Shown: positions 1 to 9,618, numbered from the stretch's first letter. The stretch: DNA of 64,000 nt from a virus (IMGVR_UViG_3300011962_000024:18466-82465), one strand, 5' to 3'. Notes: generated by a model not told the origin, from the sequence alone. Program-made: numbers and translations.

Positions 1-405
1 TTGAGGTGGACGTAATCCCCAGCCCGATTGACCCGACTCGCGCGTCTCAGCGACAAAACGCACCTTGCCATTCCAGCATGCAGAGATTTCACGCGAGTGA
101 GCCGTCGGACCTACCGCCGCTCGATGTTTATGGAACTCGTCAAGCAGCCGATGACGAGCCCAACTGAACTTGCCGTCACTCTCGAGTAGTACTCCGTCCA
201 CACCCTCCGGCAGCTGCACATCCTTGCGGGAGGTGACAATTACCCGCTCTTCATTATCGAAGCGTCTCAATGGCTGCTTGATCTTCGCCGACACGTTGAT
301 TGAGGTTTCGACGACGAGTGAGACCTGGAGCGCCGGACGGATCTGATGCCGAACAGCACCAATCGAATATCGCTCTTCAAAAATAAGTGCGGGTAGCGTG
401 AACAT
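1..405 (-). CDS. 5' part of a putative DEAD/DEAH-box (SF2) helicase, cut by window edge
   Basis: Hand translation from ATG at 405 (AAGGA upstream) is open for 135 codons to base 1 and ends ...WGLRPPQ, a Q-motif-like string. Not in the ORF track. Confidence 0.55.
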   Translation of the reverse strand, partial: MFTLPALIFEERYSIGAVRHQIRPALQVSLVVETSINVSAKIKQPLRRFDNEERVIVTSRKDVQLPEGVDGVLLESDGKFSWARHRLLDEFHKHRAAVGPTAHSREISACWNGKVRFVAETRESGQSGWGLRPPQ

Positions 406-463
406 ATACCGTCATCCTTGGTAGGTCAGATGCCCATCAACGCTTCGATGAGGCTATCGAAAC

Positions 464-712
464 TTAACCGAGATCTCGCTGCGCTATCCTGCCCCGGATC
501 CACTCTTGAACTTCGCTTTCAACCCAGCCAACACTCCGACCAACCAGGGGAACTGGTTTTGGGAATCCCCCCTCACCAGTGAGCTCTTTACGCCCAATAC
601 CAGGCGTTGCATGAGGTGCTAACTGACTCCAGCCGACTGCCGCCACTTCACGCTCGCGAAAGGCATCGTAAAGGCTTCCAGATTCGCCACGCACCATCCA
701 CATTCGACTCAT
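464..712 (-). pseudogene. Chimeric remnant: Mrr-like restriction protein N-terminus fused to AlpA C-terminus
   Basis: MWMVRGESGSLYDAFREREVAAVGW resembles Mrr-associated N-termini; FPKPVPLVGRSVGWVESEVQEWI is the AlpA C-terminal half. Confidence 0.65.
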
Positions 713-735
713 GTCTTCTCCTGCGGAATAAAAAA

Positions 736-2208
736 TCAGTCAACCACTTCTGATCTAGGCAGACTCAAAGATACCTCTCGAAAAGCAAGCAGTGCCGCTT
801 CGAGATGCTCAATGATCTCCTGCTGGAGAACATCCGGTGGCGGCAGATCTTCAAGGTTGTCCAGGCTGTCGTCCTTGAGCCAAAAGATGTCGAGACTGGC
901 CTTGTCGCGCGCCATTAGTTCTTCGTAGCTGAAGAACTTGAACCGATCAGTAGCCACTCGCTCGTGACGATTTTCCGGGTTGTAGCAGGTGATGAAATCC
1001 TGCAAATCGTCCAGCTTGAGCGGGCGCGTCTTCAGAGTGAAGTGCTTATTGGTGCGCAAATCGTAGAACCAGATGCCCTTGGTGTGTGTCTGCCCATCCT
1101 TGGGCTTGGCGTCGAAAAACACCACATTGGCCTTCACGCCCTGGGCGTAGAAGATGCCGGTGGGCAGGCGCAAAATTGTGTGTACATCGCAGTTCAGCAG
1201 AAGCTTGCGCCGAATTTTTTCGCCTGCCCCGCCTTCAAACAGAACGTTATCTGGCAACACCACTGCCGCTTTACCGTCCACCTTAAGCATGCTGACGATA
1301 TGTTGCAGAAAGTTGAGCTGCTTGTTCGACGTGGTTTCCCAGAAATCCTGCCGCTCGTAAGTCAGCGCTTCCTTATCTTCATCGCCCTCTTCATTGGTGA
1401 TGGTCATGCTGCTCTTCTTGCCGAAGGGCGGGTTGGCCAGCACGTAATCCACCTTGCGTTTGGGCTCGGAGATCAGGGCATCAGAACGCTCAACAGAAGG
1501 CTCCCCGTACAGTTCACCAATGTTGTGCAGGAACAGGTTCATCAAGCACATGCGGCGAGTGTTCGATACGATTTCATTGCCGTGGAAAGTCTGGTCACGC
1601 AGAAATTCTTTCTGGCGTTTGTCCAGCTTGGCACCCGGGCGCGTCAGCCAGTTGTACGCGCCCAGGAAAAAGCCGCCGGTGCCGCAGGCCGGGTCGGCAA
1701 TAGTTTTCATCGGTTCGGGCCGCACGCAGGCAACCATGGCATCAATCAGCACGCGTGGCGTGAAATACTGGCCAGCACCGCTCTTGGTGTCTTCGGCGTT
1801 CTTCTGCAACAGACCTTCGTACAGATCACCCTTGGTATCGGCATCCAGGCTGATCCAGCTTTCGGCATCAATTAATTGCACAAGGCGGGAGAGTTTTGCC
1901 GGGTCCTGAATTTTATTTTGTGCCTTGAAGAAGATGGCGCCTAGCATACCCGGCTCGTTGCCCAGCTTGTGCAGTGTGGCCAGGTAATGAGCCTCCAGCG
2001 GCTCGCCGACCTTGGAAGTCAGGCTCGCCCAGTCATAGCCCTTGGGGATGTGGGTGTCCCGGTTGTAAGGCTCCTGCGCATATTCATGCGCCAGCTTTAA
2101 AAACAGCAGGTAGGTGAGTTGTTCAAGGTAGTCTCCGTAGCCCACGCCGTCGTCGCGCAGGGTGTTACAGAAGTTCCAGACTTTCTGGACAAGGGTACTT
2201 GTGTTCAT
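736..2208 (-). CDS. hsdM: Type I RM N6-adenine methyltransferase subunit M
   Basis: Motif I DPACGTGGF, motif IV NPPF, typical N-terminus (VQKVWNFCNTLRDDGVGYGDYLEQLTYLLFLK). Confidence 0.95.
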   Translation of the reverse strand: MNTSTLVQKVWNFCNTLRDDGVGYGDYLEQLTYLLFLKLAHEYAQEPYNRDTHIPKGYDWASLTSKVGEPLEAHYLATLHKLGNEPGMLGAIFFKAQNKIQDPAKLSRLVQLIDAESWISLDADTKGDLYEGLLQKNAEDTKSGAGQYFTPRVLIDAMVACVRPEPMKTIADPACGTGGFFLGAYNWLTRPGAKLDKRQKEFLRDQTFHGNEIVSNTRRMCLMNLFLHNIGELYGEPSVERSDALISEPKRKVDYVLANPPFGKKSSMTITNEEGDEDKEALTYERQDFWETTSNKQLNFLQHIVSMLKVDGKAAVVLPDNVLFEGGAGEKIRRKLLLNCDVHTILRLPTGIFYAQGVKANVVFFDAKPKDGQTHTKGIWFYDLRTNKHFTLKTRPLKLDDLQDFITCYNPENRHERVATDRFKFFSYEELMARDKASLDIFWLKDDSLDNLEDLPPPDVLQQEIIEHLEAALLAFREVSLSLPRSEVVD

Positions 2209-2209
2209 C

Positions 2210-3022
2210 TCAGGCCTCTAAGAGCTCTTGTATCCACGGATGGGCTTCGCTTCGCTGCCCCCGCAGAAGAAAATGCATATCGCCGCTATAAGGTGAATCA
2301 CGGTCAATTGCGCGCCGCAGTCGCGCTGCTACCGCCTTGAAGTCGCCCACACGATTTGGATCGTGTGTGGCCAGATCAAACAAGCGTTTCCCTTCATCCA
2401 CGTCCGCCATCAACTGAACTGCCGCTGTGTGGCGTCGCTTGCATGTCGGCTCGTAGTGCAAGTGATAGATCTCGATGGACTCTTCAGCCCGCCGCCGGGA
2501 GGTAGGATCAGTACTGGTCGCGCACGGTTGACCGTTCTCTTGATGACAGCCGAGTAGGCGCCAGTCGGATATTTCACAAGGGTCGAGCAGCATTGGCTGC
2601 TCCGCCGCCACTGGCCCGGCCGCGTAAACACGCTGGGCTTCATTGACCAAAGGAAAACGATCCGCCTTGCCGCCCGCGGTGCCTCCCTCCTGATCTTTGC
2701 GCCGGCTGTTGCAGTAGGTACAGGCATAGCGAAAGTTACTTTCGTCAAAGGTCAGCCAACGGTAGCCAGCGTGCGGGTTGGCCGCATCGCTGACACAGTT
2801 CTTTGGCCGAAAGTGATCAACGGCGTTGTCCGACCGATCCACGTGTGTTTCGCAGTACCAGCATTTGTCATGTAAAAGGCTGGCTAGCCCATCTTTGAGT
2901 TCGCGCCAGACAACACCGTGGTCATTCGGGTCAGCGCCGTTTGCAACAGCCTGCGATGCCGTTTGTGCACGCTGGTTCCAGCCCGTAGGTTTGACCAGCT
3001 TTGAGCGGTCAACGTACCTCAT
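2210..3022 (-). CDS. HNH endonuclease, PtuB/retron-effector-like
   Basis: CWYCE...VDHFRPK...NFRYACTYCN zinc/HNH pattern; ATGA overlap with the upstream ATPase. Confidence 0.85.
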   Translation of the reverse strand: MRYVDRSKLVKPTGWNQRAQTASQAVANGADPNDHGVVWRELKDGLASLLHDKCWYCETHVDRSDNAVDHFRPKNCVSDAANPHAGYRWLTFDESNFRYACTYCNSRRKDQEGGTAGGKADRFPLVNEAQRVYAAGPVAAEQPMLLDPCEISDWRLLGCHQENGQPCATSTDPTSRRRAEESIEIYHLHYEPTCKRRHTAAVQLMADVDEGKRLFDLATHDPNRVGDFKAVAARLRRAIDRDSPYSGDMHFLLRGQRSEAHPWIQELLEA

Positions 3023-4767
3023 GGAGCATCCTCTTTAGAGGCCTCGGGCTTATCAGCCAATAGTTCGGCAATCAAACGCTTGGCCAATGCCTCTCGCTCA
3101 GCGCGCGGCATCTGCACCACTTTCTTCGCCAAGGCCACAGGCTGCTCGGTTTCAAACTGCTGAACAAGCAGCGCATTCCGCAAACGTAGGTAACGCGAAT
3201 ACTCGTCGTCCGGATGGAAAAAACGGAATCCAAGGCGGTCTAGCTGCGCGTTGATGCGATCCAGATCTTGCTGCTCTTGGTCTGCCAGGGTCTCCTTGGC
3301 AGCAAAAGCACGCTGAGCCTCCAACAGTTCTTGTGTTGGCAGATCAAGGGAAGACGCAATGCCAAACATGTCGCTGGTGACAATGGCTGCATAGCCCATT
3401 CCGCGCGGCGCCATTTCCGGATAACACGCCACAATCTGACGCTGTCCATCCTTCTTGGTCATCCGCAGAATCTGCACCTGTTCGCGATCCAGTTCTGCAA
3501 TGGCCAGCGGGTTATGAGTGGTGAGCAGGATATGGCTGGTTTCTTCCTGCTTTGTGCCGCTGGCGATGAACTGCTTCAAGTACGAAATGTAGTCAACACT
3601 CCACCTTGGATTCAAATGCGTGTCCGGCTCATCCAGCAAAAAAAGGCTTTCATCCTCGGCGGTAAAGCGCAGCAGGCCCAACACGGTCAGCAATTGCTGC
3701 TCACCCTCGCTCAGTTCTCGGAACGTAACGCTGCCATCGTTTTTCTTCAGGCGCACACGGATGCGCACCTCCTCGATCAACTCTGAAACGTAGGTGCTCT
3801 CCAAGTCTCGGAAAAATTGTGCCGGCTGCTGCTCCCCAACCAGGCGCCGAAGGGCCCCAATATCCTTGACGTACAAATACTGGAACTCTGTTGTCTCCTT
3901 GTTCCAAAGCGTAACTTGCTTGTCCCGCCTTACCCTGATAGGGGCTAAAGAAATGCTTTGCAGGCGATCGAGGAATGTCTGAACAACTCCTTTTGCCCCC
4001 CAAAACCTTTCGTCACCAGCGCCATCAACCTTCTTATTCCCGCGTCGCTTGCTCCAACCAGGCTGTTTCAAAACAAAGAGAACTGACTCGACCCCTTCGT
4101 CAGGATCAATGCCCATATTGTTCTCCAGAAGCTCTCGAACTTCTGGAGACTGCTTAATCATGAAGGCCAGCAACACGAATTGGCTGTGGACAGGCATTGC
4201 ATAGAACAGTCGCTTCAATCCGGGGTCTTCACCGTTGCGCAGCTTACTGTCGTAGTTCTCGAGGTAAGGCCGAAATACCTCGTGCATGCGCGGGCTCTCG
4301 CCCGAGTAGTAGCTAAACACGTAGCGTGGCAGGTACTCACTGTCCGCATTCAAGAAAGCCGTGAGTTTGATGGCATTGCCACGCAAGGCCGACAACGGCT
4401 GCTCGATGTCGATGATTGGGATCAGAATGCCTTCACCACGGGCTTGCGCATCCGTCGCAACGTGAATGGTGAAAGGCTCTTTCTCACGATCCGGATCGGC
4501 ATCAATGTGAATGTGCCGCAGATTCTCGCCCGCCCCCATGCGATAGGCCAGTTGGAAGGCGAAACCGGGAGTGCGCTTCTTGGCGATCAGGTCGCGGAAG
4601 ATAATGGCTAACGCTTCCAACACGTTGGACTTGCCGGTGCCGTTCCAGCCGATTACCACTGTCACCCAGTGATCCTGATCGAAGTCGATGGTGACGTTTT
4701 TCAGGTTCTTGAATTGGTGCGTTGGGCTGTCCTTGACGCTGCCAATGGTGAGTTTGTCCAAGCGCAT
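3019..4767 (-). CDS. ABC-type (AAA_21-like) ATPase, PtuA-like
   Basis: Walker A GWNGTGKS, signature LSEGE, Walker B LLDEPDTH, H-loop TTHNP, helical C-terminal tail. Confidence 0.88.
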   Translation of the reverse strand: MRLDKLTIGSVKDSPTHQFKNLKNVTIDFDQDHWVTVVIGWNGTGKSNVLEALAIIFRDLIAKKRTPGFAFQLAYRMGAGENLRHIHIDADPDREKEPFTIHVATDAQARGEGILIPIIDIEQPLSALRGNAIKLTAFLNADSEYLPRYVFSYYSGESPRMHEVFRPYLENYDSKLRNGEDPGLKRLFYAMPVHSQFVLLAFMIKQSPEVRELLENNMGIDPDEGVESVLFVLKQPGWSKRRGNKKVDGAGDERFWGAKGVVQTFLDRLQSISLAPIRVRRDKQVTLWNKETTEFQYLYVKDIGALRRLVGEQQPAQFFRDLESTYVSELIEEVRIRVRLKKNDGSVTFRELSEGEQQLLTVLGLLRFTAEDESLFLLDEPDTHLNPRWSVDYISYLKQFIASGTKQEETSHILLTTHNPLAIAELDREQVQILRMTKKDGQRQIVACYPEMAPRGMGYAAIVTSDMFGIASSLDLPTQELLEAQRAFAAKETLADQEQQDLDRINAQLDRLGFRFFHPDDEYSRYLRLRNALLVQQFETEQPVALAKKVVQMPRAEREALAKRLIAELLADKPEASKEDAP

Positions 4768-4769
4768 AC

Positions 4770-6596
4770 TCAGGCCGCCAACAGTTTCAACTTGTCATAC
4801 AGCTTGCGGCCCTGCGCATCGGTCACAGCCTCCACTGCAAGCCGGCCTGCCTTGTCGAGCTTGCGCAGCTCGGCATACAGCTCTTCAATACGTTCGGTCA
4901 GCGCACCGTCGGCTACACCACAGCGGCGGAAGGCTTCTTGCGCCGGTACCCAGCCGCCCGCCTCGGCAAGCACGTCGATCAATCGGCTCACCACGGTGGC
5001 GATCTCCTTTCCTTGTTTGGTTTTACGCGGTTTGGGCTGCTTGGCGCGTTCCGCCCTCTCGGCACGAATGCGCTCCAGCAGTGCACTGGCCGGGGCGTCG
5101 TTCGGGTCTTGAGGCACCAGTTGCCCAGCGAAGGCGGCGCGAAGAATGTTTTGGCGTTGGGCGGTGGATTGTTTGAGAGCAAGATCAATGGCTTTCAATT
5201 GCGCTGCCGCTTCGCTCTCTGCTTCACTCAACAGTTGAATAGCTGAGACTTGTTCGTCCATTGGTGGCACAGGGACCGCGAGATTAATAAATCTTCCAAG
5301 GCTAACCTTTTTCTGTGCAACACCTTGTGTCATTGGCCTGATCTGGCTCTTACCAATTTCAGAGTTAATAGCAGCCTTTAAGAACCCGGCAATCATCAAG
5401 TTTGGTTCACAACGAATCTTTATACAGTCGGCGGTAATTACAGCTGGCGGCTGATTTTCAGGATATACATCCGCGTCACCAGGTGGCTCACCCATTTTAG
5501 TTACCAAAACATCACCAGACTGGATGCGATGAGCATTCAATTCCTCGGCTTTTTCCGGCGTCACGTACTTTGTGTATTCGCCTCCGTAGTTACCACTTCG
5601 AATATTCCGCACAAATACAAGTGGGACGCCCGAGTCACGATAATCAGGAACCTTAAGATTACTGCCAAAGGGGCCAATGGCGAGGCTGTATCTTTCATCT
5701 GAGGAAATCTGCGCCACACTCGCCCACGCCCACCCTTCCGGCAGTTCGGGCAAATCGGTGGTGTCAGGCAGCACCGGCTCGGGGTATTTCTTCTGCCAGT
5801 CCTTGGGCGGTGTTTTGCCTTGCCCCTTGAACCGGGCGAGCTGCCTGGCCTCCCAGCGGACGCGGCGCTCGATAAGGATGCGCGCCAGCAGTTGAGCGCC
5901 GGTTTCGGATGGCGGGTTTTTGATCCGCCATTCGGCAGTAAGCGCTCCCTCCACGGCGGATTTCAGCAGCGATTGCCGGTATTGCTCCAGCTTATTCTGC
6001 GCGGCCTTTAGTTCTGCCACTCCGGCATCAAGGTCAGAAAGCAGCTCTTCGAGCTTGGCGACGATACGGGTTTGTTCCGTAGCGGGGGGGAGGAGGAATG
6101 GGATGGTTTTAGCCAGATTCTTTGAAGAAATGCTGGCTTGATTCACGTGGTTGGTACAACGATGCTTCATGTACCCTGCCATCCACAGAAAATGCAATTG
6201 CCGGGCGACAAAGACGGAGTTCACCCCATCCTCAGGGCGAATGCGGGTCATGTGATTAGAGAAGGCAAAGCCGCCTTCACGAGCAGAAACTACCGCAGTC
6301 TTGCCAACTAACTCGGCAGAGTTTGTATTGTTGAATAAGACGTCACCCTGGCGAAGTTCAATGCCATGGCTCTCGGCCACTGACTTGACAACTTTCAGAT
6401 CGATCTGACCATCACGGTCGACATTCATAGGTCGAAGGTGTGGTACTCCGGCACCAGCGGAGTTGTGTTTTCCGCTGGCAAAGCCAGGACTCACATCCGC
6501 TGATACTTCTTCCAGAGACACAAGACTCCAACTCAATGGCAGAGTGATATTGGCAAAGGGATAGCTCTGCATTGCGACGTCGCTAAACTCACTCAC
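4770..6596 (-). CDS. hsdS: Type I RM specificity subunit S with C-terminal extension
   Basis: Two TRD-plus-helix repeats (PPATEQTRIVAKLEEL; PPMDEQ), LPELPEGW spacer, QDPNDAPASALLERI, then ~80 extra residues. Confidence 0.92.
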   Translation of the reverse strand: MSEFSDVAMQSYPFANITLPLSWSLVSLEEVSADVSPGFASGKHNSAGAGVPHLRPMNVDRDGQIDLKVVKSVAESHGIELRQGDVLFNNTNSAELVGKTAVVSAREGGFAFSNHMTRIRPEDGVNSVFVARQLHFLWMAGYMKHRCTNHVNQASISSKNLAKTIPFLLPPATEQTRIVAKLEELLSDLDAGVAELKAAQNKLEQYRQSLLKSAVEGALTAEWRIKNPPSETGAQLLARILIERRVRWEARQLARFKGQGKTPPKDWQKKYPEPVLPDTTDLPELPEGWAWASVAQISSDERYSLAIGPFGSNLKVPDYRDSGVPLVFVRNIRSGNYGGEYTKYVTPEKAEELNAHRIQSGDVLVTKMGEPPGDADVYPENQPPAVITADCIKIRCEPNLMIAGFLKAAINSEIGKSQIRPMTQGVAQKKVSLGRFINLAVPVPPMDEQVSAIQLLSEAESEAAAQLKAIDLALKQSTAQRQNILRAAFAGQLVPQDPNDAPASALLERIRAERAERAKQPKPRKTKQGKEIATVVSRLIDVLAEAGGWVPAQEAFRRCGVADGALTERIEELYAELRKLDKAGRLAVEAVTDAQGRKLYDKLKLLAA

Positions 6597-9373
6597 GCCA
6601 CCAAGTCCTCATTCAATTCATTCATCAGCGTATCCAGTTCCTTGCCGAACAGGCCCCAGGCTTTCTGCAAACCACCGTTATCGGCCAGTTCGGCGTAATC
6701 AAAATCGTCGCGGCTAATGCTGCAACTGCTGGCAATATGCTCTTTCATCAGGCGCAGCCATTCAGTCTGCTCCGGTGTGAACGCGGTGCCGCGCAGGGCA
6801 TTGTGGCGGAAGATCCAAGCTTGGAAACGTTTGTCCACTTCGTCAGCAAAGGGCTTGAGTTCGCCATCCAACCCCAGCGCAAAGCGCACCAAAGACACCA
6901 GGTCAGTCAACTGCCGTTTGCGGTCTACGCCTTTCACGGCCGAGGTCTGCACCCGGGCATAGGCGCCCCAAAGTCGCTCGGTAGTGAGCATCAATGGCGG
7001 TTTGCTCAGGTGTGCGTGGAGGTCTTCCAGCATGTCAAAGGTAAGCGCACGGCGTTGGTAGGGCTGTTGGTAGAAAAAGCCCAGCGCGGCGATTTCATCC
7101 TTGTGCTGAGCGATGTAGTCGGCAAAGGTCTGAATCACCGCCTTGGCCTGCGTTTCGGCCTGCTCACTGAACCCGCTGAAGGTGACCTGATCGAGGTTGA
7201 TGTGGTCGATGAGCTGCTCGCGCTCGCGGCGGGCGCTTTCGATTTCGTCGCGCAGTTCCGGCTTGTCGAAGGGCGCGCAGGCAGCAGCAACGCGCTCAGC
7301 TCGGGCGGCTTCAATCTCTTCGAGCAGCAAGGTGTCCTCAGAGCGCGTGATGCCTTTGGCCTCGGCCGTGACTAGCGCAGCTTGCACGATAGCGTCCGGG
7401 TCCAGCGCAGCGATCAGACCTTTGCCGAGTTCACCTATTGAAATGCCACCGCTGACCTTCTCGATGCGCGCCTGTGCTTTGTCGTCCAGCTGCTTGGCCA
7501 GTCGCACAAGTCGGTTGGCGAGCGAGAGCACGGTGTCGTCGTCGCGACTACCCATGGCCACGCCTTGCAGCAGGTTCTTGAGAGCCATGCCGGGCTTTTT
7601 CTCCAGCGGGCGGCTTTCGGTCTTGAGGCTTTTTTCCACGCCCACGGCGTCGATTAGGACGAAGCGGGTCTTGGCACCATCAGCGCTGTTGTTGACACGC
7701 TTCAGGCTTTCGCCATCGAGGCTGCGCACACCACGCCCCTTCATCTGCTCGTAGTAACCCTTGCTGCGCACGTCACGTATAAATAGCAGCACTTCAAGCG
7801 GCTTCACGTCGGTGCCGGTGGCAATCATGTCCACGGTGACGGCAATGCGTGGGTTGTAGTCGTTGCGAAAGCTGCTGAGAATGCTGTCGGCGTCTTCCTC
7901 AGCACGGTAGGTGACCTTTTTGCAGAAAGCGTTGCCCTGGCCATAGACCTCGCGCACGATGTTGATAATGTCGTCAGCGTGACTGTCGGTTTTGGCGAAA
8001 ATCAAGGTCTTGGGTGTTTCTTTGCGCGCCGGGAAAATCTGCGTTTCCACCGCCGTTTTCATCGCCTGAATCACCTGGCGGATCTGGCTCACGTTGACCA
8101 CCGATTTATCCAGCTCCTTGCCGGTGTAGGTGGTGTCTTCTTCGGTTTCACCCCAACGTTTTTTGCGGGTGGCGCGGTCGCGATGGTCTACCCACTCTCT
8201 GGCCTTCAGCTCCGCGCCCTTCTGGGTGATCTCGGTTTCGATCTCAAACACGTCGTAGCCTACGTTGACACCATCCGCCACGGACTGCTCGTAGGTGTAC
8301 TCAGCAACGATGTTTTCGTTGAAGAAGCCGAAGGTGCGTTTGTCAGGTGTGGCGGTGAGGCCTATCAGGCTGGCATCGAAGTAATCGAGCACCTGCTTCC
8401 ACAGGTTATAGATGCTGCGGTGGCATTCATCGATGATGATGAAGTCGAAGGTTTCCACCGGTACGGCCGGGTTGTAGCGGACGAGCTTTTCCTGCTTGGC
8501 GGTTTGCTGTACTTCGTTGAGCGAAACATCCTCGGCAGTCTCATCAATCGGCTCACCACTCAGAATCGAGTACATGCGCTGGATGGTGCTGATGCACACC
8601 TGCGAATGCGGATCGATGTTGGGCGAAGCCAGCCGCTGCACGTTGTAAAGCTCGGTGAACTTGCGGCCATCATCTGGAGGCGTATAGGCCATGAATTCCT
8701 GATGCGCCTGCTTGCCGAGGTTGCGGGTGTCGACCAGGAACAGGATACGCTTGGCGCCACCGAACTTGAGTAGGCGATAGACCGAGGTGATGGCGGTGAA
8801 GGTTTTGCCCGCGCCGGTGGCCATGTGCACCAAGGCGCGAGGTTTGTTCAATGCCAGTGATTTTTCCAGCCCGGTAACGGCGCTGATCTGACAGTCGCGC
8901 AGATTTCTTTCTGGCAGCGCTGGCATTTGTTCGGCCAGACGGCGACGGAGGGTTTCAGGCTGCGCCAGCCAGGCGGCCAGCGTTTCCGGCTTGAAGAAGT
9001 GGAAAATTTCGCGCGAACGCGGCACCGGATCGGCGCCATCGGTAAAGCGGATGATCTTGCCGGTTGCTTCAAACAGGAAACGCAGCGGTGCATTGTCTTG
9101 GCGATGTTTGAGCGTGGCGTTGGCGTAGCGCTCCGTTTGGCTTTCTGTGACTGTGAGGTTTACCCCCGCGCCGTCTTTTTTAGCTTCAATTACCCCGACG
9201 GTGACCCTGTCAACAAAAAGCACGTAATCCGCAGGCCCAGAATCAGTCGGAAACTCTCGCACAGCCACGCCACGAGCCGCACCTAAATTAAGCTGCTTCA
9301 CGTCCTGGATGACCCAGCCAGCTTGTTGTAGCTTCTGGTCAATCTGCTGACGTGCTTCTGATTCTGGCGTCAT
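6593..9373 (-). CDS. hsdR: Type I RM restriction subunit R (EcoEI-R-C type C-terminus)
   Basis: PD-(D/E)xK motif PADYVLF...IEAKK, Walker A MATGAGKT, DECH box, GLTATP. Confidence 0.95.
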   Translation of the reverse strand: MTPESEARQQIDQKLQQAGWVIQDVKQLNLGAARGVAVREFPTDSGPADYVLFVDRVTVGVIEAKKDGAGVNLTVTESQTERYANATLKHRQDNAPLRFLFEATGKIIRFTDGADPVPRSREIFHFFKPETLAAWLAQPETLRRRLAEQMPALPERNLRDCQISAVTGLEKSLALNKPRALVHMATGAGKTFTAITSVYRLLKFGGAKRILFLVDTRNLGKQAHQEFMAYTPPDDGRKFTELYNVQRLASPNIDPHSQVCISTIQRMYSILSGEPIDETAEDVSLNEVQQTAKQEKLVRYNPAVPVETFDFIIIDECHRSIYNLWKQVLDYFDASLIGLTATPDKRTFGFFNENIVAEYTYEQSVADGVNVGYDVFEIETEITQKGAELKAREWVDHRDRATRKKRWGETEEDTTYTGKELDKSVVNVSQIRQVIQAMKTAVETQIFPARKETPKTLIFAKTDSHADDIINIVREVYGQGNAFCKKVTYRAEEDADSILSSFRNDYNPRIAVTVDMIATGTDVKPLEVLLFIRDVRSKGYYEQMKGRGVRSLDGESLKRVNNSADGAKTRFVLIDAVGVEKSLKTESRPLEKKPGMALKNLLQGVAMGSRDDDTVLSLANRLVRLAKQLDDKAQARIEKVSGGISIGELGKGLIAALDPDAIVQAALVTAEAKGITRSEDTLLLEEIEAARAERVAAACAPFDKPELRDEIESARREREQLIDHINLDQVTFSGFSEQAETQAKAVIQTFADYIAQHKDEIAALGFFYQQPYQRRALTFDMLEDLHAHLSKPPLMLTTERLWGAYARVQTSAVKGVDRKRQLTDLVSLVRFALGLDGELKPFADEVDKRFQAWIFRHNALRGTAFTPEQTEWLRLMKEHIASSCSISRDDFDYAELADNGGLQKAWGLFGKELDTLMNELNEDLVA

Positions 9374-9461
9374 GATGCTGATCCCTGCGATTTTGGCTCC
9401 GTTGAGCTAAAACTTTGGACTTGCTGCGACTCACATGACAGGAGTCTGAGCAAGCCAGTCT

Positions 9462-9483
9462 CAATTGGCAACCAATTGGCAAC
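9462..9483. repeat. Tandem 11-bp repeat CAATTGGCAAC x2, integrase arm-site-like
   Basis: Read directly at 9462-9472 and 9473-9483; role is inferred. Confidence 0.55.
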
Positions 9484-9526
9484 CAGAAAGCGACTTTTTA
9501 GGGGCCCCAGAAAAATCAGCGAGCAT

Positions 9527-9563
9527 AAAAAAATCCAGTCACCGCTAAGTGACTGGATTTTTT
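9527..9563. terminator. Bidirectional intrinsic terminator beyond the tRNA 3' end copy
   Basis: AAAAAAATCCAGTCAC-CGCTAA-GTGACTGGATTTTTT. Confidence 0.85.
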
Positions 9564-9570
9564 AGGGTTT

Positions 9571-9618
9571 TTTGGTCGGGACGGAGTGATTCGAACACTC
9601 GACCCCTTGCACCCCATG
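9571..9618 (-). repeat. att core, 48-bp copy of the tRNA-Pro 3' portion
   Basis: Identical to 63924-63971. Confidence 0.97.

Noticed and set aside
2210-9570. Retron (msr-msd plus RT) driving the ATPase-HNH pair
   Set aside because: No reverse transcriptase motif or msr-msd-like inverted repeat in the window; one further left cannot be excluded.
9571-9618. Second functional tRNA-Pro
   Set aside because: Only the 3' 48 bp are present; D-arm and 5' acceptor strand are missing.
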